Positions 23,398 to 33,737 of a stretch of DNA of 33,737 nt are shown in pieces. The DNA comes from Saprolegnia diclina VS20 (taxonomy: Eukaryota): positions 188,541 to 222,277 of the forward strand of contig NW_008246133.1 in NCBI RefSeq assembly GCF_000281045.1, written 5' to 3'. Position 1 is the first letter of the stretch; every line of letters begins with the position of its first letter. The notes below the pieces were generated by a model that was not told the DNA's origin, did not search any database, and saw only the letters and a program-made list of their open reading frames with translations. Made by a program: the position numbers and the translations under genes.

Positions 23398-25596
23398 ATG
23401 AAGAAGAAGGCCATCAAGTTCATCGCCAAGGGCGGGCTCAAGCACAAGATTGCCAAGCGCAATGACAAGAAGAAGTTCAACAAGGGCAAGAAGCCTGCCG
23501 TGCCATCGACCAAGCCGGCCAAGGCGGCGCCGCGCTCGGCCGACGCCGAGTCGTCCGACATGCTGGACGATATGGACGTCGACGACTTTCTCAATGGCGA
23601 CTTCCTTGACAACGACGAGGACGAGGACGAGGTCAACGACAGCGACGACGACGTCGACATGAACGGCGACGACGACGACGACGACGATGGCTCGAGCGAA
23701 GAAGAGGACGAGAGCGCGCTCGACCCGCGCTACCTCGCGGCGAGCCGCGACGAAGACATTGCCGAGTCGGAAGACGACGAAGAGGCCAACGCCGCGTCTG
23801 TGCCCAACGAAGCGCCCGGTTCGGACTCGCGCATCGAGCTTACGATGGAGGCGCTTCGCGCGATTGAAGCCAAGTGCGCATCGTCGCCGAGCATCAAGTC
23901 ACTGCGCCGGCTGCTGCAGATCTTTAGCGACGCGTGCCAGTCGCCCGAGTCGGACAAGACGGGCCCGAAGAACACCAAGTACGACATTCGGTCGAGCGCG
24001 GTCTACAACGAGCTCATGGTGTCGGTCTTCAAGCACACTGTGGCGATCTGGGACTCGTACTTTGGCGACAGCGAGACGCTCGACACCAAGAAGTGGTGCG
24101 CTCCTTCAAGCATACGACAAGCATACCACTCACACTATGTTCTTAGGTCCAAGATTGCGCCGATGCTCCGCCGCTTCTATGCGTGCGCCGTGTACCTTCT
24201 CCAGGAAACCACCAACGCCGACATTCAGCGCTTCGTGCTCCGGGGCTTGACCAAGTACATGCGGTTCGTGGTGCCGTGCCACAAGACGGCGCGCAAGCTG
24301 CTCAAGTGCTTTGTCTCTCTCTGGGGCAAGTCGCTCGACACCCAAGTGTGCATGCTCGCGTTTGTCCGCGTCCGCGAACTCGCGCAGCTCATGCCGTTCC
24401 CGTTCCTTGAACTCTGTCTCAAGGCGCTGTATCTGAGCTACATGCGCAACGCCAAGTTTACGAACGGCGTCAACTTCCAGCACCACATCGTGATGGGCAA
24501 CTGCATCGTCGAGCTCTACGGCCTCGACCTCGTCTCGTCGTACCAGCACGTCTTTATCTACATTCGCCAGCTTGCGATTTCGATCCGCAAGGCGATCGCG
24601 TCGCCGTCGACCGAGACGCTCAAGGGCCTGCTGACGTGGCGCTTTGTCAACTGCCTCAAGGTCTGGGCCGCGGTCGTCGCCGCGTACCCGGAGGAGAACC
24701 AGCTCAAGGCGCTCGTGTACCCGATCTCGCAGCTCTGCTTTGCGCTCATGCGCCTCGCGTCGGTCGTACGCTACATCCCGCTGCGCTTCCAGTGCATCAA
24801 GGTGCTCCAGCAGATCGCCTTTGCGACCAACACGTTTGTCCCGACGGCGCCCGTGCTTCTCGAAGTGCTGACGCTCGGCACGAAGGCCAAGACCAAGAAG
24901 CAGGCCAAGGACACGGAGATTGTCGAGCTCGATTTGCTCGTCAAGCTCTCCAAGGCCGCGACCGAGAACAAGCGCGTCCAGGACATGGTCGTCTCCAAGG
25001 TCTTTGAGCTCCTGCAGCGCGAGTGTGACGTGTACAAGTACTCGATCGCGTTCCCGGAGTTTGCCGTCCCGCTCTCGCTGGCGCTCGCCAAGTTTGCGAG
25101 CTCGACCAATGTGCCCCAGTGGAAGTCGATGGCCCGCGGTCTCATCGCCAACATTGAGAAGCGCTCCGAGTGGATCCGTGCCAAGCGCGTGGTCGCCGAC
25201 ATTGCGCCCAAGGAGCTCGAGAAGGTCAAGGCGTTCCTGGCCGTCGAGCGCACGGAAGCGGTCACCAAGATCTTTGAGAAGGACGCCAAGTCGCAGACCG
25301 AAAAGGCTGCGCAGTACAAGCAGCAGCACGGCGGCAACGACGTTGGCGGCGACGACGAGGACGATGACGCGCTCGACGACATTCTCCGCGGCGACAAGCA
25401 ACGCGACGACAAGGACGAGGACGAGGACGACGACATGTCGGACGACGAAGAAGAGAAGCCCAAGAAGAAGCGCAACAAGAAGAAGAAGAAGACGAACGCG
25501 GGCCCCAAGGTGAGCCTCGACGAGTTTAAGAAATCGGTCGCCGCCGTCGACGAAGAAGACCACGTCGAAAACATGATCTGGTCGGACGACGAGTAG
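23398..25596 (+). CDS. NOC2: Nucleolar complex protein 2 (NOC2L). Probable intron 24096-24146
   Basis: Acidic N- and C-termini, SSYQHVFIYIRQLAI, LKALVYP, RYIPLRF and YSIAFPE. Confidence 0.93.
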   Translation: MKKKAIKFIAKGGLKHKIAKRNDKKKFNKGKKPAVPSTKPAKAAPRSADAESSDMLDDMDVDDFLNGDFLDNDEDEDEVNDSDDDVDMNGDDDDDDDGSSEEEDESALDPRYLAASRDEDIAESEDDEEANAASVPNEAPGSDSRIELTMEALRAIEAKCASSPSIKSLRRLLQIFSDACQSPESDKTGPKNTKYDIRSSAVYNELMVSVFKHTVAIWDSYFGDSETLDTKKWCAPSSIRQAYHSHYVLRSKIAPMLRRFYACAVYLLQETTNADIQRFVLRGLTKYMRFVVPCHKTARKLLKCFVSLWGKSLDTQVCMLAFVRVRELAQLMPFPFLELCLKALYLSYMRNAKFTNGVNFQHHIVMGNCIVELYGLDLVSSYQHVFIYIRQLAISIRKAIASPSTETLKGLLTWRFVNCLKVWAAVVAAYPEENQLKALVYPISQLCFALMRLASVVRYIPLRFQCIKVLQQIAFATNTFVPTAPVLLEVLTLGTKAKTKKQAKDTEIVELDLLVKLSKAATENKRVQDMVVSKVFELLQRECDVYKYSIAFPEFAVPLSLALAKFASSTNVPQWKSMARGLIANIEKRSEWIRAKRVVADIAPKELEKVKAFLAVERTEAVTKIFEKDAKSQTEKAAQYKQQHGGNDVGGDDEDDDALDDILRGDKQRDDKDEDEDDDMSDDEEEKPKKKRNKKKKKTNAGPKVSLDEFKKSVAAVDEEDHVENMIWSDDE

Positions 25597-26228
25597 ATGC
25601 ATCGTAAAATCTTATATTGTATTCATGGCAGCTTCGTGAGTGCTGCGTTGGCTCTCTCGTCGTCGTCCGCTGTCGCAGCGGCAAGACGGCGATGCGTGGC
25701 AGCGCCGACCTTGTGCCACGAGTCCACGAACCGCCGAAGCATGTCCGATGCATGCGCCACGTCTCTCGCTGTGGGCGGTGGGCCGCGCCTTGGCGCGTCG
25801 TGCGATCGGTGCCATATCGTTCGCGTCTGTGGTTGTGACGCTGTGAGGTGCGCTGTCGTCGTCCGCACGAAGTTGGAGGCGCATGGCGCATGTGCCACAT
25901 GTGGCAGCGCTGTCCTAGCCGCCTGCGCGATGCATGCAGCGCGTCCTCGTCGACGGTGCGCATGGGCCACAGTCGTGCCCATCGGTGCCATGCCTATCGC
26001 ACCGATGCACGGCCACGCCGGCTGCGAGCCGCTCGGGCGTCCTCATCCAACATGCCATTGGCTGCTTTCTTGGATCGCAACACTATTTCCAGCGCGCCTT
26101 TTCACGGCGACCAGCGCTCACGACGACACCATCTCACCTCTATTTCATTATACAAAACGTCGTGGTCGTGCGCCAGGAGCTCCATCTTGATGTCGTCGTT
26201 CAGCACACTAATTTTGGTCTCTGATAGA

Positions 26229-26250
26229 TTATCCGGATATATCCGGATAA
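26229..26250. promoter_or_regulatory. Perfect 22-bp palindrome TTATCCGGATATATCCGGATAA upstream of centrin
   Basis: Seen directly, 66 bp upstream of the centrin ATG. Confidence 0.5.
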
Positions 26251-26841
<591 letters not shown>

Positions 26842-27632
26842 CCACCACCACAGACAACAACGACACCGTATGCAGATGTATCTTGATGCGCTTGCGATGG
26901 TAATAGCTCGGCGTACGACGCGGCAGTGGACTGCACCACCCTGCACAGCGACCCTCGACTGCACCATCAAGCTGCGGTCATCATCCCGGCATACAGTATA
27001 CCATCACCCATCTGCGTCACGCATGGCGTGCGGTTGCGTATGAGCGCCGCTGCTTGCGGACTGCATTCATTGCTGATCTTTGCTCGGACGAGCGACTTGC
27101 GACGTCGTGGGCGCAGACAGGTCGTACGTTACAGTGTGGCCATTCCAGGCTAGACGCAGCGCCAGACCTCTAGCTTCGCAGGTGGTGGCTCTTGGGCACA
27201 GACCACAGATCAGCGTCGCAAGGTGCGCTCGCTCAACGACCCTCGCCAGGCTAGCCATCGACTCGTACCGCATGCTGCCCACGGGATGCTGACTGATCTG
27301 GACTTCCTCTGAGTTGACCGACGTATCCATGCGTGTCCCTGCCATGCACGACAATTATGTGGCGGTTGACAGATAATCCGCTGCCATCCGACTCGTGGAA
27401 GTCTGTATCTACACTCAGTTCTTAGTCGAGTTGAGGACCGAGCCCCCGCAGTCTTTGCGCCGCAGTGGCAGTCACACCGTCGACTACAGTGGTCGGTGTC
27501 GTCCGAAGGTGTTGGCCGACGACTAGTACTCAATGGCTAGTACTCTTATACTACGGTAGGCAACGACCAATATGTCTACACTTGGGACGGTTCCACGATA
27601 CCAGCTGGGCGGCATCAGTAATACGCGCCACG

Positions 27633-29184
27633 ATGTCGCGACCTAGACAGACACGAATTGAGATGCTCGAGCCCAAGAGCGACTGGCAGGTCGAGTCCGA
27701 ACGGTACCTCTGGTGCATCCCGTCGCCATGGTACAGCGCCGAGCCAGAGACGTACCACATTCTCTTTGGCCTCCGCTTTCGTCGGTGGCAGCTTTTACTG
27801 GCCGCTCTCAGTATCCACGCGCTCCTCGGCTATCTCGTGCCGCTTGGCGCCTCAGAGCCCGTCGTTTTGGCGCTCGCAGTCGCCACCGGCCTCACGACCG
27901 CGGTGTCTTGTCCGCTGCTCCAACAGCGCGGGCCTCGCACGGGCCTCGTACTCGGCAGCGCGTGTATCTTTCTCGGGCACTTTTGTCTTCTCGCTCCGTC
28001 GCTGCATCTACTCTACGGCGTCTGCATCGGCGCCGGCCTCGGCCTCAATCACTTCGCCGTGTCCTTGACGCTGCAGGTGGGTTGTGTGTGAAATATCAGC
28101 ATACCTCGATCGCTTGAGCTTATGTGCCTACTGTAGCCGTGGTATCCGCGCTGTCGTGCCACGATGACATCACTGCTACTCGCCTCCAGCGTCATGGGCG
28201 GTGTCATCGCAATGACCAGCCTTCCGCGCCACGTGCTTGTGACGCCACCACCGTACGCCGACCTTTCTATCTCTACCGAGCCGACGGTCTCATCCTGCTA
28301 CCTGTAGCGACGACGAGGTACCTGCGTGGGCGCTTGGTGTCGGGTGCACCGCGACCAGTCTGCTGCTACTGCTGGCGGTCGCCGTGCGCACGCCGCCACC
28401 AAGCTTTGTCATCGACGATGACTCGCCGATTGTTATCTCGACGCTCCGGGATGCGGTCTGTTCGAGGAGCTTTGCCTGCCTCGGCGTCGCCTTGGTGCTC
28501 AAGGCTGCAGCCACCGCGGTCCTCTCGCGCCAGCTTCTCACAACGTGGCTTGAGAGTACCACCACGGAAGCGGTCGTTCCCGCGCTTCTGCTGCTCGTAT
28601 CTCTCCCGGTGCTTGTCGCCTTTGTCTCCGACATCCCGTGCGGCCGTTCACCGGCGTGGCGTCGGCACTGGTTCGTGCTCTCCCTAGCGTCGTTGCAGGT
28701 GCTTCTGGCGCTCGTCGCGCCCGTCTCGTCGCCCTGGCTGCTCGTGTGCGAAGTCACCTTGGATATGGCCTTTCTTGGGCTCTTGCCGGCGTTTCTCTGG
28801 GACCTCTTTGGCGCCGCCACGTATGTGTCGATCTACAGCTATTGCCTCGCGATCATAAGCTCCGCAATTGTCGCGTCGCTGGCGCTCGTGCCACCAAACG
28901 ACGTCTGGAGCGACGACGGAATGCTACTCGGCGTCACGGCCGTCGCCTTGCTCAGCCTCTGCTGCGTGCGGCACGACGCGACAGGACGCTGGTGCGGCTC
29001 CCACACCAAGCGGCAAAGCGTCATGATGACCGCGGTCATCGACCCGCCGTACGACACGGTTCGCGCGTTCGTCGAGTCGCAGCAGCGCGCGTCGGAGCTC
29101 GTGCTTTTGGCCCGCGAGAGCGACTTTTCGCAGGCCATTTTGGCCCCTCGCAGTAGCACCGGCGGGAGCAGTATTTATATTTAA
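27633..29184 (+). CDS. Divergent MFS-type transporter (OFA-like), 3 exons
   Basis: Multiple TM segments with QQRGPRTG, LYGVCIGAGLG, LQ|PWYPRCR and GLLPAFLWDLFG. Introns at 28077-28136 and near 28253-28307. Confidence 0.7.
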
Positions 29185-29205
29185 CAAAAACAATTGCTCA
29201 GCATT

Positions 29206-30192
29206 TTACGTCTTGGGGCCCTTGTTCTTGTACATGGTCCAGAGAAAGCCCATGGCATCGAGCTCGGCGATCCGCGCGGGCGGCAGCTTGGGTCGGCGCG
29301 TCCGCAGTGTGCTCACGACGACGCCGAGCTTCATGTGCCACAGCCGCTTGGGCCACGCGATGTCTTTGGCTGGCACTTCAAACTTTTGGGGTACATTGAC
29401 ATGGCCGTGGAGGTGCCGGAAGATCGAGAGCGCTTCCATCTTGTCCTGCCACGAGATGCTCGCCTGTATCGTCCAGATGAAGCCGAGCGACTGCAGTTGC
29501 TGTCGCTTGGCCGGCGACAGCTTGTCGGCGCGCGTCCGAAGCGCAACGACGAGCCGCCCGAGCCGGAGTCCGTGGTGGTCGACGTGCCACTGCGGGTCGT
29601 TCTCGGGGACGACAAAGCCCGTGGGCACGGCGAGGTGCCCGTGGAGGCGCTGGAACGTAGCGATCGCAGCGACCTTGGTCTCCCACTGGTGGTCCGAGAG
29701 GTCCCATACAAAGCCAATCGCGTCCATGGCCGCGACGATTCCCGCGTCGAGCTTCTTGTACCGGTAGAGTTGGCGAAACTCGCAGACACGGAGGGTCTTA
29801 CCGTGCAGATTGGGCGGCCACGGCGCCGACACGGGCACCTCGAACGTCGATGGAAAGAGTGTGTAGGGCAGCTCCGGGTACAGACCACGCTGGACGTGCG
29901 CTGCGTCGGCAAACTCGTTCTGGCGCTCGAGCGACATGCTGCTCGTCTCTTGCGCGGTCCGGTGCTTGCGCTTGTAGCTCTTCTTCTCGGCACCCTCGGC
30001 CAGCGGTTGACACGTCGTCGGCAGCGTTGTCGTCAGCGACGCCTTGAGCGCCGACGCAGCGAGCTCCATCGTCGCCAGATGTTCAGCCTGGCCTTCATTA
30101 AGGGCATGGCGGCGCAGCTCCCGCAGCGCCTGCTCGACCGCGTCGACGGCCTGGGGCAGTGCGTCCGCCGCTGCGGCCGGCGGTCCTGGCAT
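29206..30192 (-). CDS. Helicase-associated (HA) domain repeat protein, 328 aa, no helicase core
   Basis: Repeats of W...F..LHGH..VP..F.VP....W......LG..V..LR.......L..+GF.W (two intact, one degenerate). Confidence 0.85.
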   Translation of the reverse strand: MPGPPAAAADALPQAVDAVEQALRELRRHALNEGQAEHLATMELAASALKASLTTTLPTTCQPLAEGAEKKSYKRKHRTAQETSSMSLERQNEFADAAHVQRGLYPELPYTLFPSTFEVPVSAPWPPNLHGKTLRVCEFRQLYRYKKLDAGIVAAMDAIGFVWDLSDHQWETKVAAIATFQRLHGHLAVPTGFVVPENDPQWHVDHHGLRLGRLVVALRTRADKLSPAKRQQLQSLGFIWTIQASISWQDKMEALSIFRHLHGHVNVPQKFEVPAKDIAWPKRLWHMKLGVVVSTLRTRRPKLPPARIAELDAMGFLWTMYKNKGPKT

Positions 30193-30360
30193 GGCCGCTT
30201 GACACTATTTGACAACCGACAACGCCACTCCAAACATTGCTTTAAATTCTTGATAGTGTGACTCTATATTGCTTGTTTTCAAAAACGGTGTTCGCGGGAT
30301 GTGCCGAAAATAAAATGCCGAATCCAACTGGTGCCTATTTTGGGCGACTTCACGAGGGAC

Positions 30361-31115
30361 ATGTCCGAGGACGCCAAGCAGGTGCCAGTGCCGATCCTGT
30401 ATTGGGGCGTCGTCGATCCAGCGTACCGCGCGCCTGGCGCCTCTGTGAGTGAGACACTGCAATATTACCGCAGCAGCTTCAAGGCGCGTGCGACAAAGCT
30501 GCCTCGGCCGGCCGATGCCACCACCCGGGGGCCACCCCCCCACGTGGCATTCTCCCAGACCGCAGCGTCGTCGCTGCGGCACGTTCTGCAGGTACTAAAA
30601 GATAGAGCAAGTGCCGCCATTCGAGCCGTAGAAAGGACGAGCCAGCATGGCGTAGATCTTGATGACGGCCGTCGAGACACAGCTCGGCCGCCAGCTCCCG
30701 CAGCGGGTGTTCGACGCGCCGTCCAAGGCCACGCCCAGTCGCTTCTACCCACCCAGTGTCGCGACCGAGACGCCCGAGTATTTTTTGAAAAAGCCCAAGG
30801 ACCCTTTGGTGGCCAAGCGCACGTCCGTACGTTTCTACTGCTGAGGACGCAAGTTCGGTGCCATGAGTGGCTGCCTAGGGCGCGCTGCCTTATTTTTGCG
30901 ACCGCACTCCGCCCAAGCAACCCAGCCGTGTGGATCGAAAACACTGGTACCTACCTTCTCTATCTTCTCTATACTTTGTATGGTGTAGGAACTTTGTGCA
31001 GGCGCGCGAGTCGGACGTCCTTCGGCGCCGCGGCAAACATCTCTTGGCGATCCTCGAAGAGCAGCAGCAGCTCGAGATCCAGCGAGAAAAGGGTCTGGGA
31101 TCGACATGGTACTAG
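30361..31115 (+). CDS. Hypothetical protein, about 4 exons
   Basis: MSEDAKQVPVPILYWGVV... joined via short GT-AG introns to ILMTAVETQLG..., then ...DRKHW and NFVQARESDVLRRRGK...STWY*. Confidence 0.55.
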
Positions 31116-31540
31116 ATTGTAAACACGTCTAAACCAGTGGTCTAGATCTGGTCGCTGCGTCACGTCAGGAGCCATCGATCCATATGACGATCGTGGCAGA
31201 CGTAGCAAAAGCCCGGTACGAAGCTGCCGACCGCATCATGCGCATCCTCGACGTAGGACAACTTGTCTTTTTTGTCCGATTGTCATTTCATTATTTTTTG
31301 CGTTTAGGATTATGGTCTTATTGCAGCCAGCACGGCACTCGACTACCTCCAAACAACGCTCTCTCCTTCTCCGATGTCAACGTAGCGATAACGATAACTC
31401 ATAATTCGAGATACGATTCAACATTCGTGATGCTCTCGACGGTTCTTTCAACGAGAACAAACACTCCAAGTTGACATTACAAGTACCGACCACCATTCTA
31501 TGGAACCCACGCAGTTCGACCCCTTTCCAACTCTGCGGTA

Positions 31541-31569
31541 CAGTAGTGTCCCTACTAGGGACACTACTG
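31541..31569. repeat. Perfect 14-bp inverted repeat with 1-nt spacer (CAGTAGTGTCCCTA C TAGGGACACTACTG)
   Basis: Seen directly in the intergenic region between two convergent genes. Confidence 0.85.
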
Positions 31570-31688
31570 CACCTTCCGAGCACAACACCGTAAGGGCTAG
31601 AGACAGCCTCCAACGTATACTGGAAGAGAGGCGCGGGTGTTTGCGGCAATTCTTCGATTATTCATATTTGCAGCGTTCGTGACCTCAC

Positions 31689-33737
31689 TTAGAGATCGTC
31701 GGCCGCCCGCTCGTAACTCCAGTCGCCCGAGAACACGAGTGTTGGCGCCTCATTCTCCCAGAGCGCTATGCGGTCGTGGGCCGTCCACGCCGCCACGTCC
31801 GACGCCGCCGCCACGCGCAGCTGGTACAACTCCACCGTACACTGGAGTCTTGTCGCTTCGGTCGTGGCCACGTGCAGCGTCGCGCAGTAGCTCGTCTGGT
31901 CGCCGACGTCGAGCGTGTAGCAACGCAGGTCGACCGCGTCGTCATCAAGCCGACCGACGTAGTCGCCCTCTACGCATGCATGTTCAATTTTATAAAAGTA
32001 TGCGACATGGCATGAGTGCCACGAGTGGGCAGCGTACCGAGGTGTCGGGTCGCACCGGCCATCGTCGACTCGCCGTTGGGCCACGTTCGATGCACATGCG
32101 GTCGACCGTCGAGCACAAAGCAGGTGGGCTGACTCACATACACGCGCCACGCCGACTGCACCTACCCACACATCGTCGTCGTTAGCGAGTGTTTGGTATG
32201 GAAATGGTACGTGGAGCTGCGGACCCAGCAGCGTCGTGCGCACGCGAAAGAGACTCGAGGCCCAGCGCACGAGCGTCGCCGCCGAGAGCGCGTCGTGGCG
32301 CACAAAACGAACACTGGGTACGTCGACCACCCAGTCGCCACAGAGCCACGACCGCGCACGCACCACGCCCAGGACACGGTGCTCTGGCCACACGCTCTGC
32401 GCGGCCTCGGCGCTCTAGACACGAGTGTCATGACAACCATATCGTACCAATAAGAAAGCAGAGATACATCACAAACACCGAGAAGATATCAAACGGGATA
32501 ACAGTACCAGAGACACTTCGCGGAAATGGGCCACGCACGCCTGGTAGCCGAAAAAGCTGTCGGTCACCAGCCGCGTCGTCATCTCGGCCGAGAGACTCGC
32601 CAGCGACGCGACGGCCTCGACCGCCACCTGCGCCACCGACGTCTGGTGCTGCTTGGCCAAGAACGCCTCCGACACGCTGTGCAGCAGCTGCACGCAGTCG
32701 CTGTACGCGCGGGCGAGGTCGGTCCGCTGCAGGATGCAGTCGCGGTGCGAGCGCACGACGGCCTCGTACTGCGTCCGGTTGTGCGGATGCAGCAAATGGA
32801 TGAGCCAGTCGACAAGGACACTGCTCGTCGTACGATCGTTCGGTGGCGTCTATGAGATCGGAGTGCAATCTCAAGTGCCCTACCCCCACTCGCATCGTGT
32901 GATCTGTCATACCTGGTTACGCTTGAGAAGCTGGTGCAGAGGGGAAGAAGATACCGGCGCCGGGTGCATCAGGTACTGCACGAGCTTGTGCTGGGCCGTA
33001 GCCGAGACAGTGTCGACCTGGCCCACATACAAGAGCAGCAGACCCAAGTGGTACGCCATGCGTTGCGTGCGACTCGACACGAGCGCCGTCGACGTCTCGT
33101 GCTCGAGTGTCGGCACCAGCGCCGCGTCATCTCGTGGCGCACTACTACTGCGGTACGTGGCAATCGTAAAGCCAGGCGACATCGCCTTGGCAACAAGCCG
33201 CCAGTTCCCACGTGGCGTCACCTCAAAGACATAGGCCTACGGACCAATGCAGACTTCATGACGTGTCACTGCATCGATGACAGACCGTGACGTGGTGGCG
33301 ACTGCCGCGAATGGCTTGGCTGCGGCTGCTCTTCCAGCCGTACGTCCAGCCATCCGCGAGGTCGAGGTTGAAGCTGCTTGTGAGCACAGTCTGCGTCCGC
33401 GTCAGGAGCAATAAGATCGTATATATGTACTACCTCAGAGACGACTTCTTGGTGGCCGGCGTGCCACGTGACCGCGGCACAGTGGAGCGCGTCGGCGGAC
33501 AGCGGTGGCGTCTCAAAGCCAACGTCCCAGTCGGATGCTGTCGCGGGCGCAATGCGCAGCAGCGACGCGTACGTGCCGTCGACGCGCGACGGCCACGTGG
33601 TCTTGAGCACGAGCGGCGCGCCGCAGTAGCGGTAGTAGGCGTGGCGCGGGCAGCAGTGCGGGAAGCATCTAGTGGCTCGTTCTTTGAGCACAAGTCTGCG
33701 CAAGCCGTCGGTCGTACCGGAGCACCTAGCAGCAAGA
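31689..33737 (-). CDS. Multi-exon uncharacterised protein with an 'LRCFPHCCP' Cys/His domain. The 5' end lies beyond the window
   Basis: Spliced RCFPHCCPRH...YCG, SFN...WTYGWKS...HHVT|AYVFE...SPGFTIATYR, then helical and beta-rich C-terminal exons ending ...ERAADDL*. Confidence 0.7.

Noticed and set aside
23610..23710. GAC/GAG trinucleotide-like repeats
   Set aside because: They encode the ordinary acidic tract of NOC2.
24130..25602. 490-aa minus-strand ORF
   Set aside because: Antisense shadow of NOC2.

Overview
This is gene-dense, GC-rich eukaryotic genomic DNA with very short (about 41-60 nt) spliceosomal introns. Gene content and style point to an oomycete, probably Saprolegniales (inference). 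About 16 protein-coding genes can be reconstructed by hand. Conserved genes: VAC14 (10 exons), ARL3, succinyl-CoA ligase beta, a WDR76/Cmr1-like WD40 protein, NOC2 and centrin. Others: an intronless bacterial-type AT3-SGNH O-acyltransferase, a TPR protein, an alpha/beta-hydrolase apparently lacking its catalytic Ser and His, a Cys/His zinc-finger protein, a head-to-head pair of steroid-reductase/DUF1295-like paralogues, a multipass membrane protein, a divergent MFS transporter, an HA-repeat protein and a 'CFPHCCP' family protein. There is a 160-N assembly gap. No rRNA, tRNA, CRISPR array or intact transposon was seen. Most notable: the OatA/OafA-like acyltransferase, a recurrent palindromic TCCGGATA promoter element, the probable pseudo-esterase, a GC-AG intron and a putative 8-nt micro-exon. 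All exon boundaries were read by eye and need RNA-seq confirmation.
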